This document shows, piece by piece, positions 34,672 to 42,516 of a stretch of 43,534 nucleotides of DNA. This stretch comes from a virus (Duplodnaviria; Caudoviricetes): IMG/VR virus record IMGVR_UViG_3300032277_000012, positions 1-43,534 of that record. One strand, 5' to 3'. The notes under the pieces were generated by a model. That model ran no database searches, was not told the DNA's origin, and saw only the letters and a program-made list of their open reading frames with translations. A program made the position numbers and the translations under genes. Position 1 is the stretch's first letter. Every line of letters begins with the position of its first letter.

Positions 34672-34871
34672 GTGCTAAAGAGTTAATAAGCGAATACGTC
34701 CGCTGCCTCGCGAAGGCTAGGAGGGCAGGCCGAGAAGCTCTGCTCGCCCTTGGATATAAGGAATGCAATAACTTACAAAACTACTATTGGAGGCTGCCTC
34801 GCGGAAAGAGAGACTTACCTATTCACTTTGATAAAGCAATTGAGCAAGCTTGGCTGGATTCACAGAAATGA
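34668..34871 (+). CDS. Hypothetical protein
   Basis: ATGA coupling on both sides. Confidence 0.55.
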   Translation: MSAKELISEYVRCLAKARRAGREALLALGYKECNNLQNYYWRLPRGKRDLPIHFDKAIEQAWLDSQK

Positions 34872-35227
34872 CAACAGAACCAAAGAAACCAAACCTCAAG
34901 GGTGGCAGGACATGGTTTCTACAATCAATAACGAACGTCAACACCCCCGCGCCAAGAGCCTACAACTTTGTGAACCACCTTTTGAGGGTTTCAGTTAAGA
35001 CCCTTTGCATGCCGGCCAAGACTTCAAAGGAGGCCGAACCGGAGCCCTTCTATCTCATGATCGTCAAGAGCCACGCGATTGAGGGGAGGAGAGCCACGGA
35101 CTTTGAGGTCAATAGGGCGCTGGCCGACTTCGACGCCACCGAGCTGATAGAGTACAACTCAAGCAATCCAGAGGGCGAAAAGGGTTTGGTCCGTCGCTTC
35201 TGGGGAAGGGTAAACAAACATGGATGA
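34868..35227 (+). CDS. Hypothetical protein
   Basis: ATGA coupling. Confidence 0.55.
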   Translation: MTTEPKKPNLKGGRTWFLQSITNVNTPAPRAYNFVNHLLRVSVKTLCMPAKTSKEAEPEPFYLMIVKSHAIEGRRATDFEVNRALADFDATELIEYNSSNPEGEKGLVRRFWGRVNKHG

Positions 35228-35330
35228 GAAGCTAAGAGCCTTCGCCTACGCTGTTTTCGCGAGCGCTCTTTACGTTGGTTACCTGTTAAGCCGTTGTCAC
35301 TGTGACGGTTGCCTTGGAGGTCTCTACTAA
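35220..35330 (+). CDS. 36-aa single-TM peptide (not in the ORF track)
   Basis: MDEKLRAFAYAVFASALYVGYLLSRCHCDGCLGGLY; fills the gap; TAATG coupling. Confidence 0.45.
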   Translation: MDEKLRAFAYAVFASALYVGYLLSRCHCDGCLGGLY

Positions 35331-35542
35331 TGAAGAAATACGTTGTTGAAATTGGAAGGTATTGCTCAGAGTTCGTGACCGTCCAGGCTGAATCGGTTGA
35401 GGAGGCCCGCGACAACGCGGAGAGTGAGGCGAAGTCAGGGTTATGTATTCATTGTTCGGCGGTTCAACTAATGGACATTGAAAGGGCGGATGTCGTCTCG
35501 GTTGACGGTGAGGACTACAAAGGAGATGGAGACGATGAGTAG
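35330..35542 (+). CDS. Hypothetical protein
   Basis: GGAGG RBS; KKYVVEI...VTVQAESVEEA pattern common in small phage proteins. Confidence 0.6.
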   Translation: MKKYVVEIGRYCSEFVTVQAESVEEARDNAESEAKSGLCIHCSAVQLMDIERADVVSVDGEDYKGDGDDE

Positions 35543-35741
35543 CAGAACCAAGCTACTAGCCGAGGTGGCGGCTATGAGCCCGTTTCACTCAAGGCTTGAC
35601 TATTACACCGTCTGCTCATTTTGCGGCCATGAGACGGTAGAGACCAAGGGCGGCCATGAGACTGGTTGTCTTTGGAGCCGCATTAACACTTTCCTAGAAG
35701 ACGAGAACTTCTATTCAGGGGGGCCAAGTGTTCAAAGATGA
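35535..35741 (+). CDS. Hypothetical protein with CxxC...HxxxC
   Basis: GGAG RBS; overlapping operon. Confidence 0.55.
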   Translation: MSSRTKLLAEVAAMSPFHSRLDYYTVCSFCGHETVETKGGHETGCLWSRINTFLEDENFYSGGPSVQR

Positions 35742-36042
35742 CGACCTACCAGCAAGCGGCGTGAGATGCTTGCGAGGAGCCAGGATCCTCACGGTCTTGG
35801 TTTTGCGCGAGGATAGAGAGGGCCCCGGAGAGTTTGGGGTCTCTTACGACTTCGAGGAGGAGGACCGCGAGCCGCTCAAGGTTGAATGGGAATTCAAGAC
35901 TGTAGACCACGCAACCTTTGCGTCCAAGGGCCTACGCTACTTTATAGACGAGGTCAACGTCCCAGGCGTGAAGGCCAAGGACATGCAGAAGGCAATTAAG
36001 AAGTTCTTTGCTAGAATTACAACCAGAGAGGAGCAATCGTGA
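35728..36042 (+). CDS. Hypothetical protein
   Basis: Overlapping operon. Confidence 0.5.
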   Translation: MFKDDDLPASGVRCLRGARILTVLVLREDREGPGEFGVSYDFEEEDREPLKVEWEFKTVDHATFASKGLRYFIDEVNVPGVKAKDMQKAIKKFFARITTREEQS

Positions 36043-36272
36043 TTTGCTCAAAGTGTAACGCGTCCTTTGATACCAGCTTTCCCAATCAATTCGTTCCCCA
36101 GTGCGATGATTGCTTGAGATTTGGTGAGAAGGCCAAGGACAAAGCCCACAACCCCACCTCCACCAAGTTTATAAAGAAGGTCCAAAAGTTCCAGAACAAG
36201 CACTCAATACACTCCGACTCCATGATACTTTTATTGGAGAACGAGCTAGAACGAAGGAGAGCATTTAGGTGA
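36039..36272 (+). CDS. Small zinc-ribbon protein
   Basis: CSKC...CDDC; GAGGAG RBS. Confidence 0.55.
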   Translation: MICSKCNASFDTSFPNQFVPQCDDCLRFGEKAKDKAHNPTSTKFIKKVQKFQNKHSIHSDSMILLLENELERRRAFR

Positions 36273-36928
36273 GAGCTTATTGGGACCAGTTAGCCAAGGA
36301 GGGGGACAGGGCATTTATTGCCTTCCGAATCTACAGGGACATGGACCCCCACAAGCGCTCACTGAGGGCCGCTTCCTTTGAGTATTTCACCAAGAAGGAA
36401 GCGCTAGACCCTTCAACCCCCTTAAACCGCGTCGTTACCGCGTCCCGATACCGTCAATTCCAAAAGTGGTCAAGTGACAACTCTTGGGTGAAGCGGACAA
36501 GGGCGCGAGACGCTTACCTCGACAAAATGGTGCAGGTCGAGCATGAGCGGGCTATCAAGGATATGAGAGCCCGCCAAGCCAACCAATGTAAGGTGGCGGC
36601 CCAGCTCCTAACACTTCCAGCGGCGGCCCTTGGCAAGCGCGTCAAGAAAGCACTGGAGGACTTGCAAGACCCAGAGAAGATATCAACCATTGATTTGCTT
36701 GAACTTCTAGCTCAGACCACCAGGACAATGGTGAGCGCTCACGCGGCCGAGCGGAAAGCTCGCGGCGTTTCGGATCTATTGGAGACAGAAGATGTCAGGC
36801 AAATTGAATACGTCGAAGTCGAACAGGTCCGTTCCAAGTCAATGGACAATGAGTCCACAGAGCTTGTTGCACGACTTATACAAAGACGGTTCTCTATGGC
36901 CCGGCCACAGCTTGGAGACGTGGTGTGA
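36269..36928 (+). CDS. terS: Terminase small subunit (putative)
   Basis: WDQLAKEGDRAFIAFRIYRDM...RSL...KWSSDNSWVKR..ARD pattern; directly upstream of TerL. Confidence 0.72.
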   Translation: MRAYWDQLAKEGDRAFIAFRIYRDMDPHKRSLRAASFEYFTKKEALDPSTPLNRVVTASRYRQFQKWSSDNSWVKRTRARDAYLDKMVQVEHERAIKDMRARQANQCKVAAQLLTLPAAALGKRVKKALEDLQDPEKISTIDLLELLAQTTRTMVSAHAAERKARGVSDLLETEDVRQIEYVEVEQVRSKSMDNESTELVARLIQRRFSMARPQLGDVV

Positions 36929-38333
36929 TTATGCAACAAATGGCCAGTGGCACCCCTACCCCTACCTATGCGTTCTAAACCGCTTACTTGAGCGCTGTGA
37001 GAAGGAGAAAAACCTTCGTATCATGGTGTTCATGCCCCCAAGACACGGCAAGTCAACCGTGATTTCTCACCACTTCCCCGCGTGGTATCTCGGACGCAAC
37101 CCGGACAAGCGGGTTATTTTGGCGTCCTACCAATCCAGCTTTGCGACTGAGTGGGGTTTCAAGGCCCAGGAGCTACTTAAGAAGTTCGGGCCCACTGTGT
37201 TTGGCGTGAAGCCGAGCCAGGAACTCAGAGCGCGGGACGCTTGGGGGATCAAAGAGCATGAAGGCCGTATGTTCTCGGTTGGTGTCAACGCGGCCATTAC
37301 CGGAAAGGGTGGCGACGTGATTATCGTTGACGACCCTATCAAGTCCGACAAGGAGGCCATGAGCGAGTCAATCCGCGCTTCTATGAAGAAGTGGTTTTCG
37401 GCCACTCTGTACACTCGCCTTGAGCCCGGCGCGAGCATGATCATATTGCAAACCCGGTGGCATGAGGACGACTTGAGCGGGTGGATACTCAACGAAATGA
37501 AAGAGAACGGCGGAGAGAAGTGGGAGGTGGTGAACTTTCCCGCGATTGCTGAGGACAATGACGACCTTGGCCGGGCGGTTGGTGAGCCACTTTGCCCCGA
37601 ACGCTTCGACGCGGAGGCCCTCGGACGCATTGAAAAGACGCTTGGCAGCCTTTGGTATCGAGCGCTTTACCAGCAAAAGCCCAGCATGGACGAGGGTAAT
37701 ATCTTCAAGAGCCAGCTCTTCAAGTATTACCAGCGCCAGGGCGACCAAGTTCTCTACGGTTCCTTGGCCGTCAACATTGGAGACTTGCGGCGCTTCGCCA
37801 CGGTTGACCTTGCCTTTACCGAAGCCAAGCCCGGCAAAGACCCCGATTGGACGGTCATAGCCGTGTGGGGGGCAACCTCGGACAAGCTTTTCTTGCTTGA
37901 TATCATTCGCTTCCGTGAGGACATTTACAACACAGTCCCGCATATCTACGCGGCTAACAAGAAATGGAGGCTCGCGGAGGTGTGGGTGGAGTCCAACGGC
38001 TTTGGGACCAAGGTGATAGAGGACGCCAGGAAACGCCACCGGGATATGAGAATCCGTGAGCTGGTGGCAGACCGGGACAAAATGACCAGAGCTTTGGCGG
38101 CCTACCCCTACTTTGAGGACGGCACGATAATATTTCCAGCGGCAGCAGTTTGGCTTAAGGTTCTAGTGAAAGAACTGCTATCATTCCCAAACGCGCAGTT
38201 CGACGACCAAGTTGACGCTATCTCTTACGGCCCTCTGGTGGCCGGTGTAGGCAAGCGGCGGCCTTTTGACTCGTCCAACTCGGAAAGCATGGCGGAAGTC
38301 CTTGACGGGCTCAGAACCAGGAGACCAGCATGA
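36849..38333 (+). CDS. terL: Terminase large subunit
   Basis: Walker A MPPRHGKS, Walker B IIVDDPIK, QTRWHEDDL, nuclease VDLA and FDDQVDA; start could be 36792 or 36849. Confidence 0.96.
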   Translation: MSPQSLLHDLYKDGSLWPGHSLETWCDYATNGQWHPYPYLCVLNRLLERCEKEKNLRIMVFMPPRHGKSTVISHHFPAWYLGRNPDKRVILASYQSSFATEWGFKAQELLKKFGPTVFGVKPSQELRARDAWGIKEHEGRMFSVGVNAAITGKGGDVIIVDDPIKSDKEAMSESIRASMKKWFSATLYTRLEPGASMIILQTRWHEDDLSGWILNEMKENGGEKWEVVNFPAIAEDNDDLGRAVGEPLCPERFDAEALGRIEKTLGSLWYRALYQQKPSMDEGNIFKSQLFKYYQRQGDQVLYGSLAVNIGDLRRFATVDLAFTEAKPGKDPDWTVIAVWGATSDKLFLLDIIRFREDIYNTVPHIYAANKKWRLAEVWVESNGFGTKVIEDARKRHRDMRIRELVADRDKMTRALAAYPYFEDGTIIFPAAAVWLKVLVKELLSFPNAQFDDQVDAISYGPLVAGVGKRRPFDSSNSESMAEVLDGLRTRRPA

Positions 38334-39745
38334 GCGGAATACTAAAGAGGAGCGCATTTGGCGACTTCTATGCAAGCGAGGTGGCGGCGGCGGTAAGAAT
38401 GCACCGCTTGCTTGACCCCGACTATGCGATTGCCAGTGACCCGGAGTGGTACGAAAAGGCCATGCGGGACGCTATCATTTACATGACGGTCAACCTCAGA
38501 AGCCACGCGGTTGCGGGGGCGGAGTGGTTTTTCGAGGCAGCCAGCAAGTCACCAGAGGACCGCAAGGCGGCCGAGCTTATGACAGCGGCCTTCAAGAAGA
38601 TCGAACGCTTCACCGAGGGGCGGAGCTTGTTGGCCCGCGCTTTCCTCAAGGGCTCCACTTGGGCTAAGAAGCATATGGGCTGGATTACGGTCAAGCTGGA
38701 CGGCCTAGAAGTCCCTATGTGGTCGGTTGTCAAGTTCCAGGACGCGGACAAGCGGCGTTTTAGGCGGATCAAGTTCGAGGCCTCAATGCCCGACAGCAAC
38801 GAGAAGCAGCTGTGTTTCTTTTGGGAGGTCCACAACCCAGACAAGAGCGCATGGGAGCCGATTGACCGGACTTCATGGGTTCGACACGTCTATACAAACG
38901 AGGAGATCGGCTTGGGCTACGGGCGCGGCATTGCGGCCCCGCTTTACTTCTTGCAGTGGTGGAAGTCTGAAGCCCTCACTCACGGCATGAGCTTTCTCTC
39001 ACGGTGGTCTGAGGGCATGGTAGTGGGAACCTTGGACAACTTAGCCGAGGGTGTTTTTGGAGCGGAGGGGACGGCCGAGGCCAGGGCCACCGACATGCTC
39101 AACGCCCTAGAAAAAATGAGGGCCAAGCATTACATGGTCATGGCCAAGGGCGACTCTATAAACGTCTTGGACCCCCCGGCGGGCGCTTGGTCAACCGTTG
39201 ACAGCGCGGTTGGTTACGCGGACGAGAATATTAGAGCCTTGGTCCTTGGTGCTGTGTTGCCAACCGGCGGCGGTTCCGACGTTGGGAGCTTCGCCAGGGC
39301 GGAGAGCGAGAGCGGCACAACAGACGAGATTATCCAGTATGACCGAGGTATCGAGGAGGAGACAATTCAGGCCGAGGTGGTGAACCCGGTTTGGGAGGAC
39401 TCCCATGCAACCCGCGAGGTCATTGGTTTAGGGAGCGCGGCTTGCCCCCAGTTCCGTATTGCTAGAACTCGCAAGCTCAACCCTGAAACGGCCGTGGTGA
39501 GGCTTGAGGGGGCTCTGAGGAACGGTATGAGCGTCAAGAGAGAGGAAGCCTACCGCGACTTAGCTTGGTCGGACCCCGGCCCGGACGCGGACCCCCAAGA
39601 GATTCTCCAGCCAATTTCAGCGGGTTCGGACCTTTACCTTGACCCTATGCTAATGAAACAAGAAATGGCTTTTGAGGAAGTCAGCCAAACACCCACCCCA
39701 CCCGTACAAAACCAGGAGGTTACCAATGGACCAGCGGATATTTGA
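38330..39745 (+). CDS. Portal protein, DUF935/Mu gp29-like
   Basis: After TerL; YEKAMRD...R..AV, GYGRG...LY..WW.K...F..RW, I..LVLG..L...GSFA.AE motifs. Confidence 0.88.
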   Translation: MSGILKRSAFGDFYASEVAAAVRMHRLLDPDYAIASDPEWYEKAMRDAIIYMTVNLRSHAVAGAEWFFEAASKSPEDRKAAELMTAAFKKIERFTEGRSLLARAFLKGSTWAKKHMGWITVKLDGLEVPMWSVVKFQDADKRRFRRIKFEASMPDSNEKQLCFFWEVHNPDKSAWEPIDRTSWVRHVYTNEEIGLGYGRGIAAPLYFLQWWKSEALTHGMSFLSRWSEGMVVGTLDNLAEGVFGAEGTAEARATDMLNALEKMRAKHYMVMAKGDSINVLDPPAGAWSTVDSAVGYADENIRALVLGAVLPTGGGSDVGSFARAESESGTTDEIIQYDRGIEEETIQAEVVNPVWEDSHATREVIGLGSAACPQFRIARTRKLNPETAVVRLEGALRNGMSVKREEAYRDLAWSDPGPDADPQEILQPISAGSDLYLDPMLMKQEMAFEEVSQTPTPPVQNQEVTNGPADI

Positions 39746-40217
39746 ACACTACGAACAATTAAAGATCGGCGTTTTGCAGGTCTCAAACGAGGTCGAGAAG
39801 GGCGCTATTGATTTGGCAGCTCACTTCGACGGCATGGCCAAGTTTATCCGTGAAACAGACTGGAATGCTCCAGACTTGGGACATTGCCACCGAATGATCC
39901 AGGAGTCCGGAAACAAAAACCGCAAGCTCAAGAAGGTTTCAGCCCGGCGCGTTGCAATGATCCGGTCTATGAGCCAGATAGAAGCCCACGTCTTGGCAGC
40001 TCGCAAAGCTGAGGAGACACGCAAGGCGGAGATTGAAGCGGCCGCCAAGCGAGCCGAGGAAGAGGCGGAGGCCAAGGCTAACAAGGCAGCTGCCGAGCGC
40101 GAGAAGATAAAAGAGGAACTCCGCGCGGAAGTGCTGGCCGAGCTGGCCGAGTCAAGAGAGGGGCCCGCGCCAGTTGTTGAAGACGACGGATTGAAGGAGG
40201 GCGTGGCCGGTGATTGA
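39726..40217 (+). CDS. Hypothetical coiled-coil protein
   Basis: AGGAGG RBS before ATG 39726. Confidence 0.65.
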   Translation: MDQRIFEHYEQLKIGVLQVSNEVEKGAIDLAAHFDGMAKFIRETDWNAPDLGHCHRMIQESGNKNRKLKKVSARRVAMIRSMSQIEAHVLAARKAEETRKAEIEAAAKRAEEEAEAKANKAAAEREKIKEELRAEVLAELAESREGPAPVVEDDGLKEGVAGD

Positions 40218-41604
40218 ATTCGCGATAATTGGGGTTCCAGAGCGGGCGGGCATGATTGAAGCTATGAAGCTCAAGGTTCCCCAGGCTCGCGTTTTCCTTG
40301 ACCCGGACAAGAATGGTATTTGGTGGAATTGGAAGCGGGCTATGGTTGAGTCCTTGGCTCGCAAGCTTCCAGAGACCACTCATATCATGGTGTTACAAGA
40401 TGACTTGGAGCTTTGCTCTGATTTCCTTGAGGTTCTCCCCAGGCTTATCAAGCGGCGGCCTAACGACTTGATAAGCCTCTTTGCTATGAGCGGGGTTGTT
40501 GAGAAGGCCGTGTCCGCTGGTGTCCACTGGGCCAAGCTCCGCTCCGCTGGAAGTGGCCAAGCAATTATATTCCCCTTGCATAGGCTTGTCCGATTCTTGG
40601 CTTGGTGTGAGGTCAACGTCAAGGAGGAGTATCCTTACGACGACGCGAGGATTGCTCTTTGGCTTGCCGAGTCCGGGGGCTTTTGCTATGTGACGGCCCC
40701 AAGCCTCGTCCAGCATTTAGGGACGGAGTGGAGCGCGGCCGGACTTCCTACCAAACCATTCGGGCGCAAGAAGGTCTCGCGGTGCTTCGTCAAGGGCAGC
40801 CCGCTTTCCATAGACTGGAACAAGGGGCTTTCGGACCCCTTAGAAAGCACAAAGGCGGAGTATCTAAACAACGCCACGGTGAGCCGATCGGTCATAAAGG
40901 GGAGCCCATTGTCAAGGATAATGAGAACCTCGGATCATATGAAGTATTTCAGCTACGGAAGAGCTGGAGACCGTTACCCAATGGAAATCGGGGACGTTTG
41001 GGAGCTTGGACCGCATACGCTGGTTTGCGGAGACTTGCAAGCCGGTTACGGGAGCATGATACCGGCACCCGACATGGTCTACGTTGACCCTCCATACAAC
41101 GTAGGGCTTGCCAAGGGCTACAGAACAAAGGCCGGTGTCCCAAACCCAAACATGCGCTTCGAGGACTTGATAGGCTCTATCATGGAGGCCGTGAGGGGTT
41201 GCAAGGGCGACGTCTACATGGAGTCCGGGACCAAGGAAGCGGACAATATTTGCTCTATAATGGATGCGCATGGCTGCAAGGTTTACAACCGCTGGAACGT
41301 CACCTATTACAAAAAGAACCCGGCCGTGCTAATCCGTGGTTCCTTCACCAAGCCAACAAAGCTAAGTGAGTCACCAGAGGGCATGGACGACGAGGACACC
41401 CCCACCTGGGCAATCGCTCACAGCTCTAAACCGGGTGACTTAATCGTTGACACCTGCACCGGCCAAGGAAATACGGCCGTGAGCGCTCACAAGCTCGGGC
41501 GGCGCTTTTTCGGGACTGAGTTAAACCCGAGAAGGTTGGCAGTGACCATAGAGAAGCTTGTCAAGCTAGGCTGTAAGGTTGATCACTTTTTGAAAGGAAG
41601 TTAA
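40210..41604 (+). CDS. Fusion of GT-A-fold glycosyltransferase (N-term) and N6-adenine/N4-cytosine DNA methyltransferase, beta class (C-term)
   Basis: HIMVLQDDLEL...YDD...APSLVQHLG in the N-half; GDVWELGPHTLVCGD, YVDPPY and IVDTCTGQGNT...FFGTELNP in the C-half. Confidence 0.82.
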   Translation: MIEFAIIGVPERAGMIEAMKLKVPQARVFLDPDKNGIWWNWKRAMVESLARKLPETTHIMVLQDDLELCSDFLEVLPRLIKRRPNDLISLFAMSGVVEKAVSAGVHWAKLRSAGSGQAIIFPLHRLVRFLAWCEVNVKEEYPYDDARIALWLAESGGFCYVTAPSLVQHLGTEWSAAGLPTKPFGRKKVSRCFVKGSPLSIDWNKGLSDPLESTKAEYLNNATVSRSVIKGSPLSRIMRTSDHMKYFSYGRAGDRYPMEIGDVWELGPHTLVCGDLQAGYGSMIPAPDMVYVDPPYNVGLAKGYRTKAGVPNPNMRFEDLIGSIMEAVRGCKGDVYMESGTKEADNICSIMDAHGCKVYNRWNVTYYKKNPAVLIRGSFTKPTKLSESPEGMDDEDTPTWAIAHSSKPGDLIVDTCTGQGNTAVSAHKLGRRFFGTELNPRRLAVTIEKLVKLGCKVDHFLKGS

Positions 41605-42516
41605 ATGTCACCCTCCCCCACCACCAAAGCAATCAAAGGAGTTGAGCGCATTATAAGACCCGCTCCAGAGCTTCTTGTAGACCTTTACAAGAGGCGAGCC
41701 GTCGCGAGTTTTAGGCGGCGTCCCACAGCGGCCCTAGATCTCAAAATAGGCGAGTTGCTCTTGGAGGTCATGAAGGGGTCGGACCTTGTGGCGCGCGCGA
41801 CTTTCGTGGCGGAGCTGAAGGGGCCCAGGCCGGACAGGTTGGTTCGAGCCATGAGGACGGTCAACCGTTGCCACTATGCCGGGGGCGCGGTTCCAAAGCT
41901 TGAGTTTATTGAGGCGGCGGAGGCGGCGGCGCTCAACAACCCATTGCTGGACGAGGGCTTTCAAGAGCTAGATCAAGTCTACACGCCCTCTCAAGCTGGT
42001 GTGGTGGGTGGTTTTCAGGGGCGGCTTATCGACGCAAAGGTGGGGGAGGCCGTCTTTAAGATTGCAAGCGGCCAGAGTGACCAAGCGAGGGAGGCCCAGC
42101 TCCTTTCACTCATGGAGGGGTGGACGCGGGCCACGGCCAAGACGGCCGTTAGAACTTCAGCCACCACGGCTTTTGCGGCGGGGCGACTCAAGCAAGCGGA
42201 GCGGCTCCAGAAAGCGGGGATTATCTCGGCCTTGCAATTCACCACGGCGGGGGACGTTGACGTTAGGAGCAACCACGCGGAGGCGGACGGATTGATAGCG
42301 CGGGTGGACGATCCGGTCTGGAATAACTACTCTCCGCCTTGGGGTTATAATTGCCGCTGCACTTTTCAGCCCGTGGATTCTCTTGACATACCGCCAAAAC
42401 TAAAGGAAGGTGGTGACATTAGGTTCTTGAGGCCAAGCGAGTATCCCAAGTCCAAACCGGACTCAAGAGCTTTTGGCCAGAAGCCCACCCTCAAATTCTA
42501 TGGATCGCGCAGATGA
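41605..42516 (+). CDS. Minor head/morphogenesis protein, Mu gpF / SPP1 gp7 family
   Basis: TAGDVDVRSNHAEADG...DPVW...PPWGYNCRC. Confidence 0.92.
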   Translation: MSPSPTTKAIKGVERIIRPAPELLVDLYKRRAVASFRRRPTAALDLKIGELLLEVMKGSDLVARATFVAELKGPRPDRLVRAMRTVNRCHYAGGAVPKLEFIEAAEAAALNNPLLDEGFQELDQVYTPSQAGVVGGFQGRLIDAKVGEAVFKIASGQSDQAREAQLLSLMEGWTRATAKTAVRTSATTAFAAGRLKQAERLQKAGIISALQFTTAGDVDVRSNHAEADGLIARVDDPVWNNYSPPWGYNCRCTFQPVDSLDIPPKLKEGGDIRFLRPSEYPKSKPDSRAFGQKPTLKFYGSRR

